A DNA stretch of 64,000 bases from Candidatus Latescibacterota bacterium (lineage in GTDB: Bacteria > Latescibacterota > UBA2968 > UBA8231): assembly GCA_965223905.1 (NCBI GenBank), contig CBDCXV010000001.1, positions 896,001 to 960,000 of the forward strand, given 5' to 3'. Positions 38,271 to 47,121 of the stretch are shown here, one piece after another. The notes under the pieces are model-generated. The model saw only the letters and a list, made by a program, of their open reading frames with translations. It had not been told where the DNA came from and searched no databases. The position numbers were made by a program, and so were the translations under genes. Positions within the stretch are counted from its first letter, which is position 1; every line of letters begins with the position of its first letter.

Positions 38271-39897
38271 GTAACCGTTCAGTCCCCCCTGCAGTAGTTT
38301 GCGCATGTAAAGAAAATACTCAGCGAGTTTTCGGGTTCGTCGGTATCTTCGGGATCGGTTTTGTGTTGGCAATTTCTCCGATACGGGCGACCTCCATGAA
38401 AAGACCTCCTCAGACTGCGGTTTCCGAAAGCGAGTTGCGCACGCGCATTGTCCAGCTCGAGCAGGTCGTGGAACAACAGGCGGCGCGGATCGCGGAATTG
38501 GAGCAGGAACTGGCCCGCCGCAAGGGGCGATCCGGCGGCGGTGCAAAGGCCGCTTCGTCGGGATCGGGCGCTTCCTCCTCGCCGCGCTCCGAGTCCTCCG
38601 GTCGGCGCCGCTCCTCGGGGCGCTCGCCGGGCGCGCAGCCGGGCCACGAAGGGCACGGTCGCTCGTGGGTATCGGTCGAGGAAGTGGACCGTTTGATCCC
38701 GGTCAAGCCCAGCCAGTGCCGCCAATGCGGTCACACGCTGACGGGACACGATCCCCATCCGCAGCGCCATCAGGAGGTCGTCATTCCTCCGGTGCGCGCC
38801 CAGGTCATCGAGTATCAGTTGCACACCTTGCGCTGCCGTCACTGCGAGCGCCTGACCGAAGCCGACTGGCCTGAGGGCGTATCGCGGCACACCTACGGTC
38901 CCAGCGTGCAGGCCTGGGTCGGCCTGCTGGCCGGGGCCTACCGGATGAGCAAGCGCAACATCGTGAAGCTGTTGTCCGACGCCTTCGGCGTCGAGATGTC
39001 GGTGGGCACCGTCAGCCGCCTGGAACAGGAAGTGGCGGAGGCCCTGGCCCACCCGGTGGAGGAAGCGCGGGCGTTCGTTCGCCGACAGGGAATAGTCAAC
39101 GTCGACGAGACCGGCTGGCGGGAACGCCGCGCCAAGGCCTGGTTGTGGACGGCGGTGACGGAGGGCGTCACCGTGTTCGAAATTCGAAAAAGCCGGGGAC
39201 GGGACGGGGTCGATGAGGTGCTGGGTGCCGATACTAAGGCGATCGTCGGCTCCGATCGTTATTCGGCCTACGGACATTTGCCGCGGCGACGCCGGCAAGT
39301 GTGCTGGGCTCATCTGCGGCGCGCCTTCGAGGAGTTCGGGGCCCGGGACGAAGAGGCCGCCTGGGTCGGTCAACGGCTGTTGGACGCCAGCGAGCAATTG
39401 TTTACCTGGTGGCATCGAGTCCGCGACGGCACCCTGCAACGGTCCAGCTTCCAAGTCTACGTCAGCGGCTTGCGTGGGCGGTTTCGTAACTACTTGGGGT
39501 ATGGTCAGCAGTTTGCCGACGCCAAGACGGCGGCCACCTGCGCCAACCTCCGAGACCTCGGGCCGGCCCTGTGGACCTTCGTGCGCAGAGAAGGCGTCGA
39601 GCCGACCAACAACGAAGCCGAACGAGCCCTTCGTCATGGCGTGCTGTGGCGCCACACCAGCTTCGGCACCCACAGCGCCGAGGGCAGCCGCTTCGTAGAG
39701 CGTCTGCTCACGGTGCGCGATACCCTGCGACAGCAACAGCGCAACGTCTTCGACTATCTGAGGATGGCCTGCCACGCCGCCGTGCGCCAGCAGCCGGCGC
39801 CCTCGCTGCTGCCTCCAACCCACTCCGCCATTCGCTGATACCAACCTGCGACCATTCCTCTCCTGGGGCCTCATTAGCCAGGGGACTGAACGGTTAC
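38271..39897 (+). mobile_element. IS66 family element, single-ORF (ISBst12-like) organisation
   Basis: TIRs GTAACCGTTCAGTCCCC / GGGGACTGAACGGTTAC; 8-bp TSD ACGGCTAG (38263-70, 39898-905). Confidence 0.93.
38396..39838 (+). CDS. IS66 family transposase
   Basis: Leucine zipper; PGAQPGHEG; Zn finger; VDETGW, SDRYSAY, QVCWAHLRR and PTNNEAERALR motifs. Confidence 0.95.
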   Translation: MKRPPQTAVSESELRTRIVQLEQVVEQQAARIAELEQELARRKGRSGGGAKAASSGSGASSSPRSESSGRRRSSGRSPGAQPGHEGHGRSWVSVEEVDRLIPVKPSQCRQCGHTLTGHDPHPQRHQEVVIPPVRAQVIEYQLHTLRCRHCERLTEADWPEGVSRHTYGPSVQAWVGLLAGAYRMSKRNIVKLLSDAFGVEMSVGTVSRLEQEVAEALAHPVEEARAFVRRQGIVNVDETGWRERRAKAWLWTAVTEGVTVFEIRKSRGRDGVDEVLGADTKAIVGSDRYSAYGHLPRRRRQVCWAHLRRAFEEFGARDEEAAWVGQRLLDASEQLFTWWHRVRDGTLQRSSFQVYVSGLRGRFRNYLGYGQQFADAKTAATCANLRDLGPALWTFVRREGVEPTNNEAERALRHGVLWRHTSFGTHSAEGSRFVERLLTVRDTLRQQQRNVFDYLRMACHAAVRQQPAPSLLPPTHSAIR

Positions 39898-39969
39898 ACG
39901 GCTAGTTTGCCCGCGCTGCCGTCGTTGTCCGAAATCTTCAGTGTCTCTTGCCAGGAGCTTTGCCTTTAA

Positions 39970-40129
39970 TTTGGAACGCGTTCCCGTTCGCGTACGGCTG
40001 CAGCCCCGCTGGCAGAGCGGCAGCGTCCAGGATCTCATCAATGAATCTGAGCTGGCGCTGCAGGACGGCAGTTTCGAGGTAGAGATCGGGGCCTGGGGTG
40101 TGGCTGTCGTGCATTGCGACGAACGGTAG
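39970..40129 (+). pseudogene. Orphan C-terminal gene fragment (possibly the beta-sandwich tail of a glycoside hydrolase)
   Basis: ERVPVRVRL...VQDLINESELALQDGSFEVEIGAWGVAVVHC*; no 5' part present. Confidence 0.3.
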
Positions 40130-40218
40130 GAAAACATCCTATACGAGAGCATGGGCCTCCTCCATAAGGCCTTGTCCGATTCGTTTGCGGTTTCACCACC
40201 AATCAGGAGATGGACGAT

Positions 40219-42081
40219 ATGAAGATCGTGCCGGTGCTTATCGGGTTCATGGTCGCGGGTACTTGCTGGGCTGGCGTCGTTCCCGGTAAAGGGGAGAATC
40301 CTGAAGCCGTTGCGGAGGTGGCCGCTGGCGAACTGGCGGTAGCCAACGCTTCCTGGTGGGGGTTCGACAGCGAGGATGCCACCGAGGCGCTGCAGGCGGC
40401 GATCAACTCGAAGGCGAAGACGGTCATCGTTCCCTACATGGGATCGCCGTGGGTTGTGCGGCCGATTTTCCTGCGCAGCAATCTGGAACTGGTCTTCGAG
40501 CCCGGCGTCCTGGTGCTGGCCAAGAAGGGGGAATTCAAGGAGCGATGGGATTGTCTCCTGACCGCAATCGGTTTGTCGGATATCACCATTCGCGGCTACG
40601 GCGCAACTCTACGGATGCGGAAGAGGGATTATCGCAACCCGCCCTATCCACCGAAGGAGGAGTGGAAGCACGGACTGAAAATTGAGGGCAGCAGGAGGAT
40701 ACACGTCGAAGGTCTTCGAATTGAAAGCAGCGGCGGCGACGGGATCTACATCGGATCCGGCGCGGGCCGAAGCAGCGAAGACATCGTGATCCGCGACTGC
40801 GTCTCGCACGACAACCACCGGCAGGGGATCAGCGTGACCGACGCCAAGAACCTGTTGGTGGAGAATTGTGTCTTCTCGGGAACGGAGGGCACCGGGCCAT
40901 CAGCCGGCATCGACTACGAGCCGGACAAACCGACACAGCTGCTGGTCAACTGTGTATTCCGCAACTGTCTTTTCGAGGACAACGCCGGACACGGGATGTT
41001 CGTTCGTGCCCATGATACGATCACCGCCGAGAGTCCCCCGATTTCGATTCGTTTCGAGAATTGTATCAGCCGGATGACCAAACCGGGCACGGGTGGCGAT
41101 TCCGGGATGTGCGTGCGGGTGCCGGGTGATCAAGGCCCACCAGGTACGATCGAGTTCATCAACTGCCTGTCGGAGAACAGCGGGCAGGCAGGGGCCAACG
41201 TCTATGGTCATTCGGTCGGCCACTTGAACATCCGCTTCGTCGGCTGCAACTGGATCGACTCGCAGGGCACGGCGGTGGTGCTCAATATGCAAGAGCCGTC
41301 GGCGACGGGTACGGGCAGCATCGAGTTCGTGAACTGCTCGGTGTACGAGGAGAAAACGGGTCCGACCGTTCAGGTCATGACACTGCGGGGCAACGATTAC
41401 GGTGACGATGTCGTTGGCGCGATCACGGTGCACAACAGACACGGCGCTCGCATCGCTTCGGAGCCGCGTGGCGTCAATGTTAACCTTTCTGTCGTCGACA
41501 GCAGGAGTGCAGAGGCAGTCGGCATGTCGGGGCCGGCAGAAGTGGCGGGACGAACCATGCCGGCCCTCGACCGGCGTGCGGTCGATCAACCAGGCTACGA
41601 CGACGAGGCTACCTTCGGCGAGCTGTGGCAGACGCATGACTTCATCGTCGATTTGCCGAAAGTCTGGCGGTTCAGGCTTGACTTCAAAGATGAAGGGCAG
41701 CAGCAGGACTGGGGCGGCGTTGTCGTTGACAAGACGCAATACCAACCGATCAAGATCGGCGAATGGTGGGAACCGCAGGGCCATCAGTACGACGGCGTCG
41801 CCTGGTATCGCGTCGATTTCGACGTACCGGCAGCAGCGCAGGGCTACAAACTGGCGCTCTCATTTGGCGCGGTTGATGAATCGGCCTGGGTCTACCTCAA
41901 CGGCGTGCTGATCGGCGAGCATGATCTCAATGATTGGGGATGGGACAAGCGTTTCGAGATCGCCCTCGGTGATGCAGTGCGCATCGGTGAGAAGAACACC
42001 CTGGCTGTTCGCGTCCGCGACCGCGCGTGGTATGGCGGCATCTGGAAGTCGGTAAAGTTGGTAGGAGAGAAGAGGGACTGA
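40219..42081 (+). CDS. Secreted right-handed beta-helix protein (pectate-lyase-like fold) with C-terminal GH2-type sugar-binding domain
   Basis: Signal peptide; DATEALQAAI, GGDGIYI, NHRQGISV and AGIDYEP motifs; YDGVAWYR...FGAVDESAWVYLNG...GGIWK. Confidence 0.8.
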   Translation: MKIVPVLIGFMVAGTCWAGVVPGKGENPEAVAEVAAGELAVANASWWGFDSEDATEALQAAINSKAKTVIVPYMGSPWVVRPIFLRSNLELVFEPGVLVLAKKGEFKERWDCLLTAIGLSDITIRGYGATLRMRKRDYRNPPYPPKEEWKHGLKIEGSRRIHVEGLRIESSGGDGIYIGSGAGRSSEDIVIRDCVSHDNHRQGISVTDAKNLLVENCVFSGTEGTGPSAGIDYEPDKPTQLLVNCVFRNCLFEDNAGHGMFVRAHDTITAESPPISIRFENCISRMTKPGTGGDSGMCVRVPGDQGPPGTIEFINCLSENSGQAGANVYGHSVGHLNIRFVGCNWIDSQGTAVVLNMQEPSATGTGSIEFVNCSVYEEKTGPTVQVMTLRGNDYGDDVVGAITVHNRHGARIASEPRGVNVNLSVVDSRSAEAVGMSGPAEVAGRTMPALDRRAVDQPGYDDEATFGELWQTHDFIVDLPKVWRFRLDFKDEGQQQDWGGVVVDKTQYQPIKIGEWWEPQGHQYDGVAWYRVDFDVPAAAQGYKLALSFGAVDESAWVYLNGVLIGEHDLNDWGWDKRFEIALGDAVRIGEKNTLAVRVRDRAWYGGIWKSVKLVGEKRD

Positions 42082-42114
42082 AGGCCGCTCAGATCCACTC
42101 GAGGTCCTCGACGT

Positions 42115-42400
42115 GGGTAGGGCTGCCGGCACGGCCTCCCCCGAGGGCCCCGCCTGAGCCGCAGTTCGAGTTCGCCGCCTGACCTGTTTTCTCGACCCAT
42201 CGCCGGGCGTACGGCTGGGTGTGCCCTCAACGGTCCCCTCAGGCCCCGGATTGATCCGGATACGGGCCGACAGGCACCCCAACGGTACTGCGAGCTCGGT
42301 CGAAAGACTGGCAAACGATCCTCAGGGGAGTTGCCGGACCCTGGCGGTGCCCTCAGCGCCTGGACCGAGAGTCCAAAAAGGTGCCTCATTTTACCTATAC
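42115..42400 (+). mobile_element. 3' fragment of the ISCR element retaining the oriIS end
   Basis: Matches about 33042-33325 and ends ACCTATAC followed by TTCA, as in copy 1. Confidence 0.9.
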
Positions 42401-42404
42401 TTCA

Positions 42405-42613
42405 CAGCTGCGCCTGGAGTTTCCGAAAACGGTCGCGCGAGAGGTACAGCCGCTCGCGGTGGAACATCCCCGGCTCGGCGTACTTTTCGGCCAGCCGGGC
42501 CTGGAAGGCCTCGTCGCTTTCGGGGCGCTTCCGTCGGGCGCGGGTGGTCCCCGTCTTCGAGCCGGCGATCAGCCGCGCCCGGCGGGCTTCGAACTCGGCC
42601 TCCGTCTCGCCCC
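42405..42613 (-). pseudogene. Internal gene fragment, possibly from a phage-type PD-(D/E)XK nuclease
   Basis: GETEAEFEARRARLIAGSKTGTTRARRKRPESDEAFQARLAEKYAEPGMFHRERLYLSRDRF; family assignment from recall only. Confidence 0.35.
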
Positions 42614-42616
42614 GAA

Positions 42617-43066
42617 GAACCCAGATACCAATGCTCGCTACGCATGGAGCGGCATATTTAAGATGAAAGGCGGGACGGTGAATTTGGAGCACACCGAAAT
42701 CCTGGACACTCCTCCTCCCATCGGCCGCCCGCTTCTCGTTCAAACACAAGCTGGAGATGGTCAGGTCGTTTTGACCTGGGACGACCCGTACCCCGACGAC
42801 TACAGCATTTCCGGGTGGGAGTACCAGGTCAACAGCGGGGGGCCCGATGACTGGGGCTCCTGGACCGAATTTCCCCGCAGCACCCGCCTCACCCGGGAAG
42901 GCACTGTTCCCAACCTGGAGCATGAGACACAGCACAAATTCCGGGTTCGCTCCACCAACTCCACCGGAACCGGCCCTGGTACTATCCCCGTAAAAGTCTC
43001 CCTGATGACGGCTGAATTCAGCGCCCCAGGATATGAGGTGATCGAAGGGAAATCGGTGGGGGTCAC
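42617..43066 (+). pseudogene. Fibronectin type III domain fragment of a large surface protein
   Basis: [39 protein letters not shown], then [13 protein letters not shown]; truncated at both ends. Confidence 0.7.
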
Positions 43067-44122
43067 GAAGAGGCCGAGGATGTTCGGGCGGCCGAACTCG
43101 TTGCCGAAGGCGGCGCCGCCGAGGGGGCCTTCGGTCATGATCTGCAGCGGCGTCGCCAGGCGCTCGGGGAACTCGGCGAAGCCGCGCTCCCAGGGCTGCG
43201 CGAATCCCGGGATGCGCAGGTGGGAGGTGAAAAAGGCGCAGAGGCCGGCCTGGGACCGGCCGCCGATCCCGGTCGCCCCCTCGTCGGTAGGCGAACGGGC
43301 CCTCCGGGTCGGGGCGGAACGAGGGCGTCCGCCAGCCGGCGATGACGCCGGCGTTGTCGGCGTAGGCCTTCACCGTCCCCTGCGGGCAGCGCGCGTGGGT
43401 GTTGCGGATCATGGCGAACAGGGTGCGCTCGCGCCGGGCGCCGTCGATGGTCCAGTCGGCGTTGAAGATCTTGTGGCGGCAGTGCTCGGAGTTGACGTTG
43501 GCGAACATCACCAGCTCGACGTCGGTGGGGTCGCGCCGGAGGCCTGCGAAGGCGTCGAACAGGTAGTCGACCTCGTCATCGGACAGGGCGAGCCCCATCT
43601 CCCCGTTGGCCCGCTCCAGGGCCGCGGCCCCCTCGGCGAGGGACACCCGCTGCAGCGGCCGCGGAGCGACCTCGGAGAAGAGGGAGGCGTCTTCATGCAG
43701 CACCGCCTCGGTCATGCGGTCGTGCAGCAGGGGCAGCAGGGCGGCGGGGGAGAAAGGGCCGTCGGCGAGGATCCGGTACTCGGTGCCGCGCTCGATGCGG
43801 GCCGCCGAGGTCAGGCCGCAGTTGCGCAGGATGTCGGTCGCCTTGGTCGACCATGGGGAGATGGTTCCGGGGCGCGGAGCGATGCGGATGCAGGTGTCTG
43901 CGGAGGCGCTGAGAAGCCCGGCCCCGGGAGGGTCCCCGGCGGCGGTGTTGCCAAGGACCAGGGCCTCCAGGCGGCGGCGGTCGCCTCCGTCCCAGTTCAC
44001 CAGGTAGAAATGCCGCGCCTCCAGCCCCCGGACCGCGGGCTCGGCATGCCGGCAGCGCTGCAGCAGCGCCTCCCGGCGGAAATCGGACAGGGCGGTGGGG
44101 CCGGGAGCCGCAGTATGTTCAT
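43067..44122 (-). pseudogene. purL: Diverged 5' fragment of purL with a frameshift and an internal deletion
   Basis: Aligns to 30035-31201; NSEHCRHKIFNA present; KVETHNHPT segment deleted; upstream DNA also similar (44123-44252 vs 31202-31332). Confidence 0.92.
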
Positions 44123-44526
44123 GAGCCGTAGTGGATTACGGGTGTTCTGGAGGCCGGGGCGTCGGGGAGTGTTGGAAATCTACCGGCGTAGCCGGGGGGC
44201 TTCAAGGAAGCCGGCATGAAAACGGCCGTTGCGGTGAATCAGCCCGATTAATGGGGCGGGGCTGAAGAAGTGGCTGCGGCTCCATCCAAGAGGGGTTTAG
44301 GTCGACCCGTCAGGAAAAATGGAGCGTGCTTTGCGGACGGGCACCGGAGCCTGTTTATCACGATCTTGCCAACCGAGGAATGAGCGTTGAGATGGGCACG
44401 GAGTGGATGCCGGAACGGAGTGTTTATTTGCCTGCGTATGTTCAGAAGTCGGCAAGGGGCCTGGACGACTTCATTCTTGTTCAATCGCTGGCGTGATCAC
44501 AGGCTTGAACGATCCCAGGAGTCGGA

Positions 44527-45669
44527 ATGGAGTGGTTGAGCAAAAACGTCTGGCAGGTGGCCGCCTTGTTAGTGGCCGTCGTGTCCCTGTGCGTGGCCTA
44601 CTGGCGGGCCCGCACTGCGCGTCTGGATAATCTGCAGACGCGGTTTCAGAAGGGGGCGGAGATGTTTGGCGGGACTGACACTGCCACCTTCCTCGGCGGC
44701 CTGTATGAGCTTCAGCAGTTGGCGAAGCGGTACCCGAAGGAGTACCACGTCGTCGTCATGAAGGTGCTTACCGGATACGTACGAGAAAAAATGCGCGCTA
44801 GCGATGTTGCGGAGGGAGACGGTCTGCCCGACATACGGGATCCGCTTCGAGAGCGTGCGGAGGAAGTGCTGAGGGTGATTGGTGGCCGGTCGGGCCGCGG
44901 CATAAAGGAGGAGCGTGACTCCGGGTACCGGGTTGACCTCACGGAAGTGGACGCGAGGGGGATGCAGCTTCCGGACTGTGACTTCTCGGACATCAACGGT
45001 AGTGGGTCCCTCTTCTCGCAGGCGAACTTGGAGCGTTCTGTGTTTCGGTCCGCACAGCTCAGGGGTACGAAGTTCAACGGGGCTCGGCTCCGGTCGGCGA
45101 ATCTGTCGCAGGCTGATCTGGAGTTTGCGTACATGGCGGGTGCCGATCTGACGTTCGGATCTCTCGCCGGATCGCGGATGCGTTGGGCGGACATTCCGGG
45201 ATCCCTCTACATGTGTGACCTATCCGATGCTCGGATGTTCGAGGTTCGGGGTCTGCAGCAGAAGACGCTAGACTCGGCGGACAGGTTGATCCGTACCCCA
45301 CCGTCAATCGTCGCTTGCCTGGATGCGGAGTCAGGAGACGAACTGAAGTGGAAGGGGGGAGACCCGGGCCCGCTGCCAAAGGTGGCGGAAGTGTTCGGAG
45401 GGCGGAGGGCGACGCCGGTTTCTGAGCGTGCGTTGGCGAGAGTGCTGCCGCGGCGCGCGCCGATGGAAGAAGTCGTCGCGTCGCAGAAGATTGACGAGGG
45501 GCTGCGTTTCTATGTCGAACGGATCGGGCGCCACGGCCATGGGGGGAAGTATGTGGTGTACCGATGGGAGATGGGCTGCGGATCTTCGAGTCACACGAAG
45601 TTGTACGAGGGGGATCGCGAGGAACCGGCGCTGGATGCGCTGAAAAAACATGTGGAGGAGCACCGATGA
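44527..45669 (+). CDS. Membrane-anchored pentapeptide repeat protein
   Basis: N-terminal TM; RFQKGAEMFG..GGLYELQQLA; A(N/D)L-type pentapeptide repeats. Confidence 0.8.
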   Translation: MEWLSKNVWQVAALLVAVVSLCVAYWRARTARLDNLQTRFQKGAEMFGGTDTATFLGGLYELQQLAKRYPKEYHVVVMKVLTGYVREKMRASDVAEGDGLPDIRDPLRERAEEVLRVIGGRSGRGIKEERDSGYRVDLTEVDARGMQLPDCDFSDINGSGSLFSQANLERSVFRSAQLRGTKFNGARLRSANLSQADLEFAYMAGADLTFGSLAGSRMRWADIPGSLYMCDLSDARMFEVRGLQQKTLDSADRLIRTPPSIVACLDAESGDELKWKGGDPGPLPKVAEVFGGRRATPVSERALARVLPRRAPMEEVVASQKIDEGLRFYVERIGRHGHGGKYVVYRWEMGCGSSSHTKLYEGDREEPALDALKKHVEEHR

Positions 45670-45791
45670 GGCCCCCCGATGAACATAGCCCAATGGCTCG
45701 GTTCGGTGGTCCTGCCCCTCGGGTCCGAGAATAAGGAAGCCGTATTCCGGCCTGATTCCAGTCGCTCCCACGCTGGGCCCACTTCCGCCAC

Positions 45792-45855
45792 TTGACGAAC
45801 TCTCAGCTTACCAACACATTCGTTGCCAACGCAACTGTTGCCAACGAATGTGTTG
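45792..45855 (+). promoter_or_regulatory. Putative promoter and large palindromic operator upstream of the ATPase pair
   Basis: TTGACG at 45792; perfect 14-bp IR CAACACATTCGTTG (45812-25) / CAACGAATGTGTTG (45842-55); GTTGCCAAC twice. Confidence 0.65.
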
Positions 45856-45870
45856 TCAAAAGGCGTGCCT

Positions 45871-47121
45871 ATGGTACTCACGAAAGCCGGAGCCAACTGG
45901 GTCGAGGGGGATCGGTTCTTCAACCGGGAGGTGGAGCTTGAGGCCCTTGCGGAGCGGGTCGGGGACGGCACTCATACCCTGCTGACCGCCCAGCGGCGCA
46001 TGGGCAAAACGAGCCTGGTCCGGGAGCTGCTGCGCCGGCTGCAGGAAGAGGGGCGCTTTCAGACGGTCTTCGTCGACTTGGAGGACGCCGCAGCCCCGGC
46101 GGACGCCATCGCTGAGATAGGGGCTCGGTCCCGGCCCGTCCGGGGCGTTTGGCAGCGGATAAAGTCGGGATTCGCCAGCACCCTGAGAGAGGTCGGTGAT
46201 CGAGTCGATTCGGTGTCCATCGCCGAGGTACAGGTCAAGCTCCGGGCGGGGATCGACGCCGGGAACTGGCGGCAGAAAGGGGACGAGGTCTTGGCCGCCC
46301 TGGCTGAAAGCGACCTGCCCGTGGTGCTCGCAATCGACGAGCTGCCGATTCTCGTCAACCGGCTGCTCAAAGGGGAAGACCACCGCATCACCCCGGAGCG
46401 GCGGCGGGCGGCGGACGAGTTCATGGCTTGGCTCCGCAAGAACGGCCAGGTCCATCGAGGCCGCGTCTGCCTGATCCTCGCCGGCAGCGTGAGCCTGGAG
46501 CCGATCCTGGCACAGGCCGGGCTCAGCGCCCACGCGAACATCTACTCAACCTTCGATCTGAAGCCTTGGGACGACCAGGCAGCAGCAGGCTGCCTTGCGG
46601 CTCTGGCGCAGACCTACGGCCTCGACCTTCCCCTTGACGTTCGGCGGGAGATGTGCCGGCGGCTGCGATGCCAGATCCCCCACCACGTGCAGCAGTTCTT
46701 CGACCACCTCCATGAGCATCTGCGCCGTGCCGGCCGGCGCGAAGCCACGATGGAAGATGTGGAGCGCGTGTACTCCTCCGAGATGCTCGGCGTCCGCGGA
46801 CAGATGGATATGGAGCACTACGAGGGCCGGCTGAAGATGGTGCTCGGGAGGGAGGGCTACCGGACGGCGCTCGAGATCCTGACCGAGGCGTCGGTGAGTG
46901 AAGGTGGGTTGCGGGCCGATGCCGTCGCCCGATATCGCGAGCTGGAGGAGCGGGAGGAAGCCGGCGGTGATCCGGTGGCGGTCCAGGACGTGCTTCTACT
47001 GCTCGAACACGATGGGTACCTGGAGCGGCACGGCAGCGGCTACCGATTCGTTTCCGGGCTCCTCGAAGACTGGTGGCGCGCACGGCACGGCGGATACTTC
47101 ACCCCGATCGAACGGCGATGA
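45871..47121 (+). CDS. STAND-like / archaeal-ATPase-type P-loop NTPase (no accessory repeats)
   Basis: FFNREVEL; Walker A AQRRMGKTS; Walker B VLAIDE; LAGS; IPHHVQ; LLEHDGYL..LLEDWW. Confidence 0.85.
   Translation: MVLTKAGANWVEGDRFFNREVELEALAERVGDGTHTLLTAQRRMGKTSLVRELLRRLQEEGRFQTVFVDLEDAAAPADAIAEIGARSRPVRGVWQRIKSGFASTLREVGDRVDSVSIAEVQVKLRAGIDAGNWRQKGDEVLAALAESDLPVVLAIDELPILVNRLLKGEDHRITPERRRAADEFMAWLRKNGQVHRGRVCLILAGSVSLEPILAQAGLSAHANIYSTFDLKPWDDQAAAGCLAALAQTYGLDLPLDVRREMCRRLRCQIPHHVQQFFDHLHEHLRRAGRREATMEDVERVYSSEMLGVRGQMDMEHYEGRLKMVLGREGYRTALEILTEASVSEGGLRADAVARYRELEEREEAGGDPVAVQDVLLLLEHDGYLERHGSGYRFVSGLLEDWWRARHGGYFTPIERR

Larger units (their letters stand above)
37746..39965 (-). pseudogene. 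FG-GAP (integrin-alpha-like) repeat protein fragment, split by IS66 and carrying an internal TAA
   Basis: SSWQETLKISDNDGSAGKLAV [IS66] DLDDYDNFSSAVAL..VGAYGDDDG..GAVYLF..SSW*ETIKISD..FGSA..IGAVGDD..GAVYLF; visibly lower GC. Confidence 0.75.

Noticed and set aside
31332-43066. Prophage or integrase-driven island
   Set aside because: No integrase, att core or structural phage genes; only one uncertain nuclease-like fragment.
42381-44219. 612-aa (+) and 532-aa (-) ORFs as real fusion proteins
   Set aside because: Chance read-through across ISCR, FN3 and purL fragments; no credible start for a fusion.
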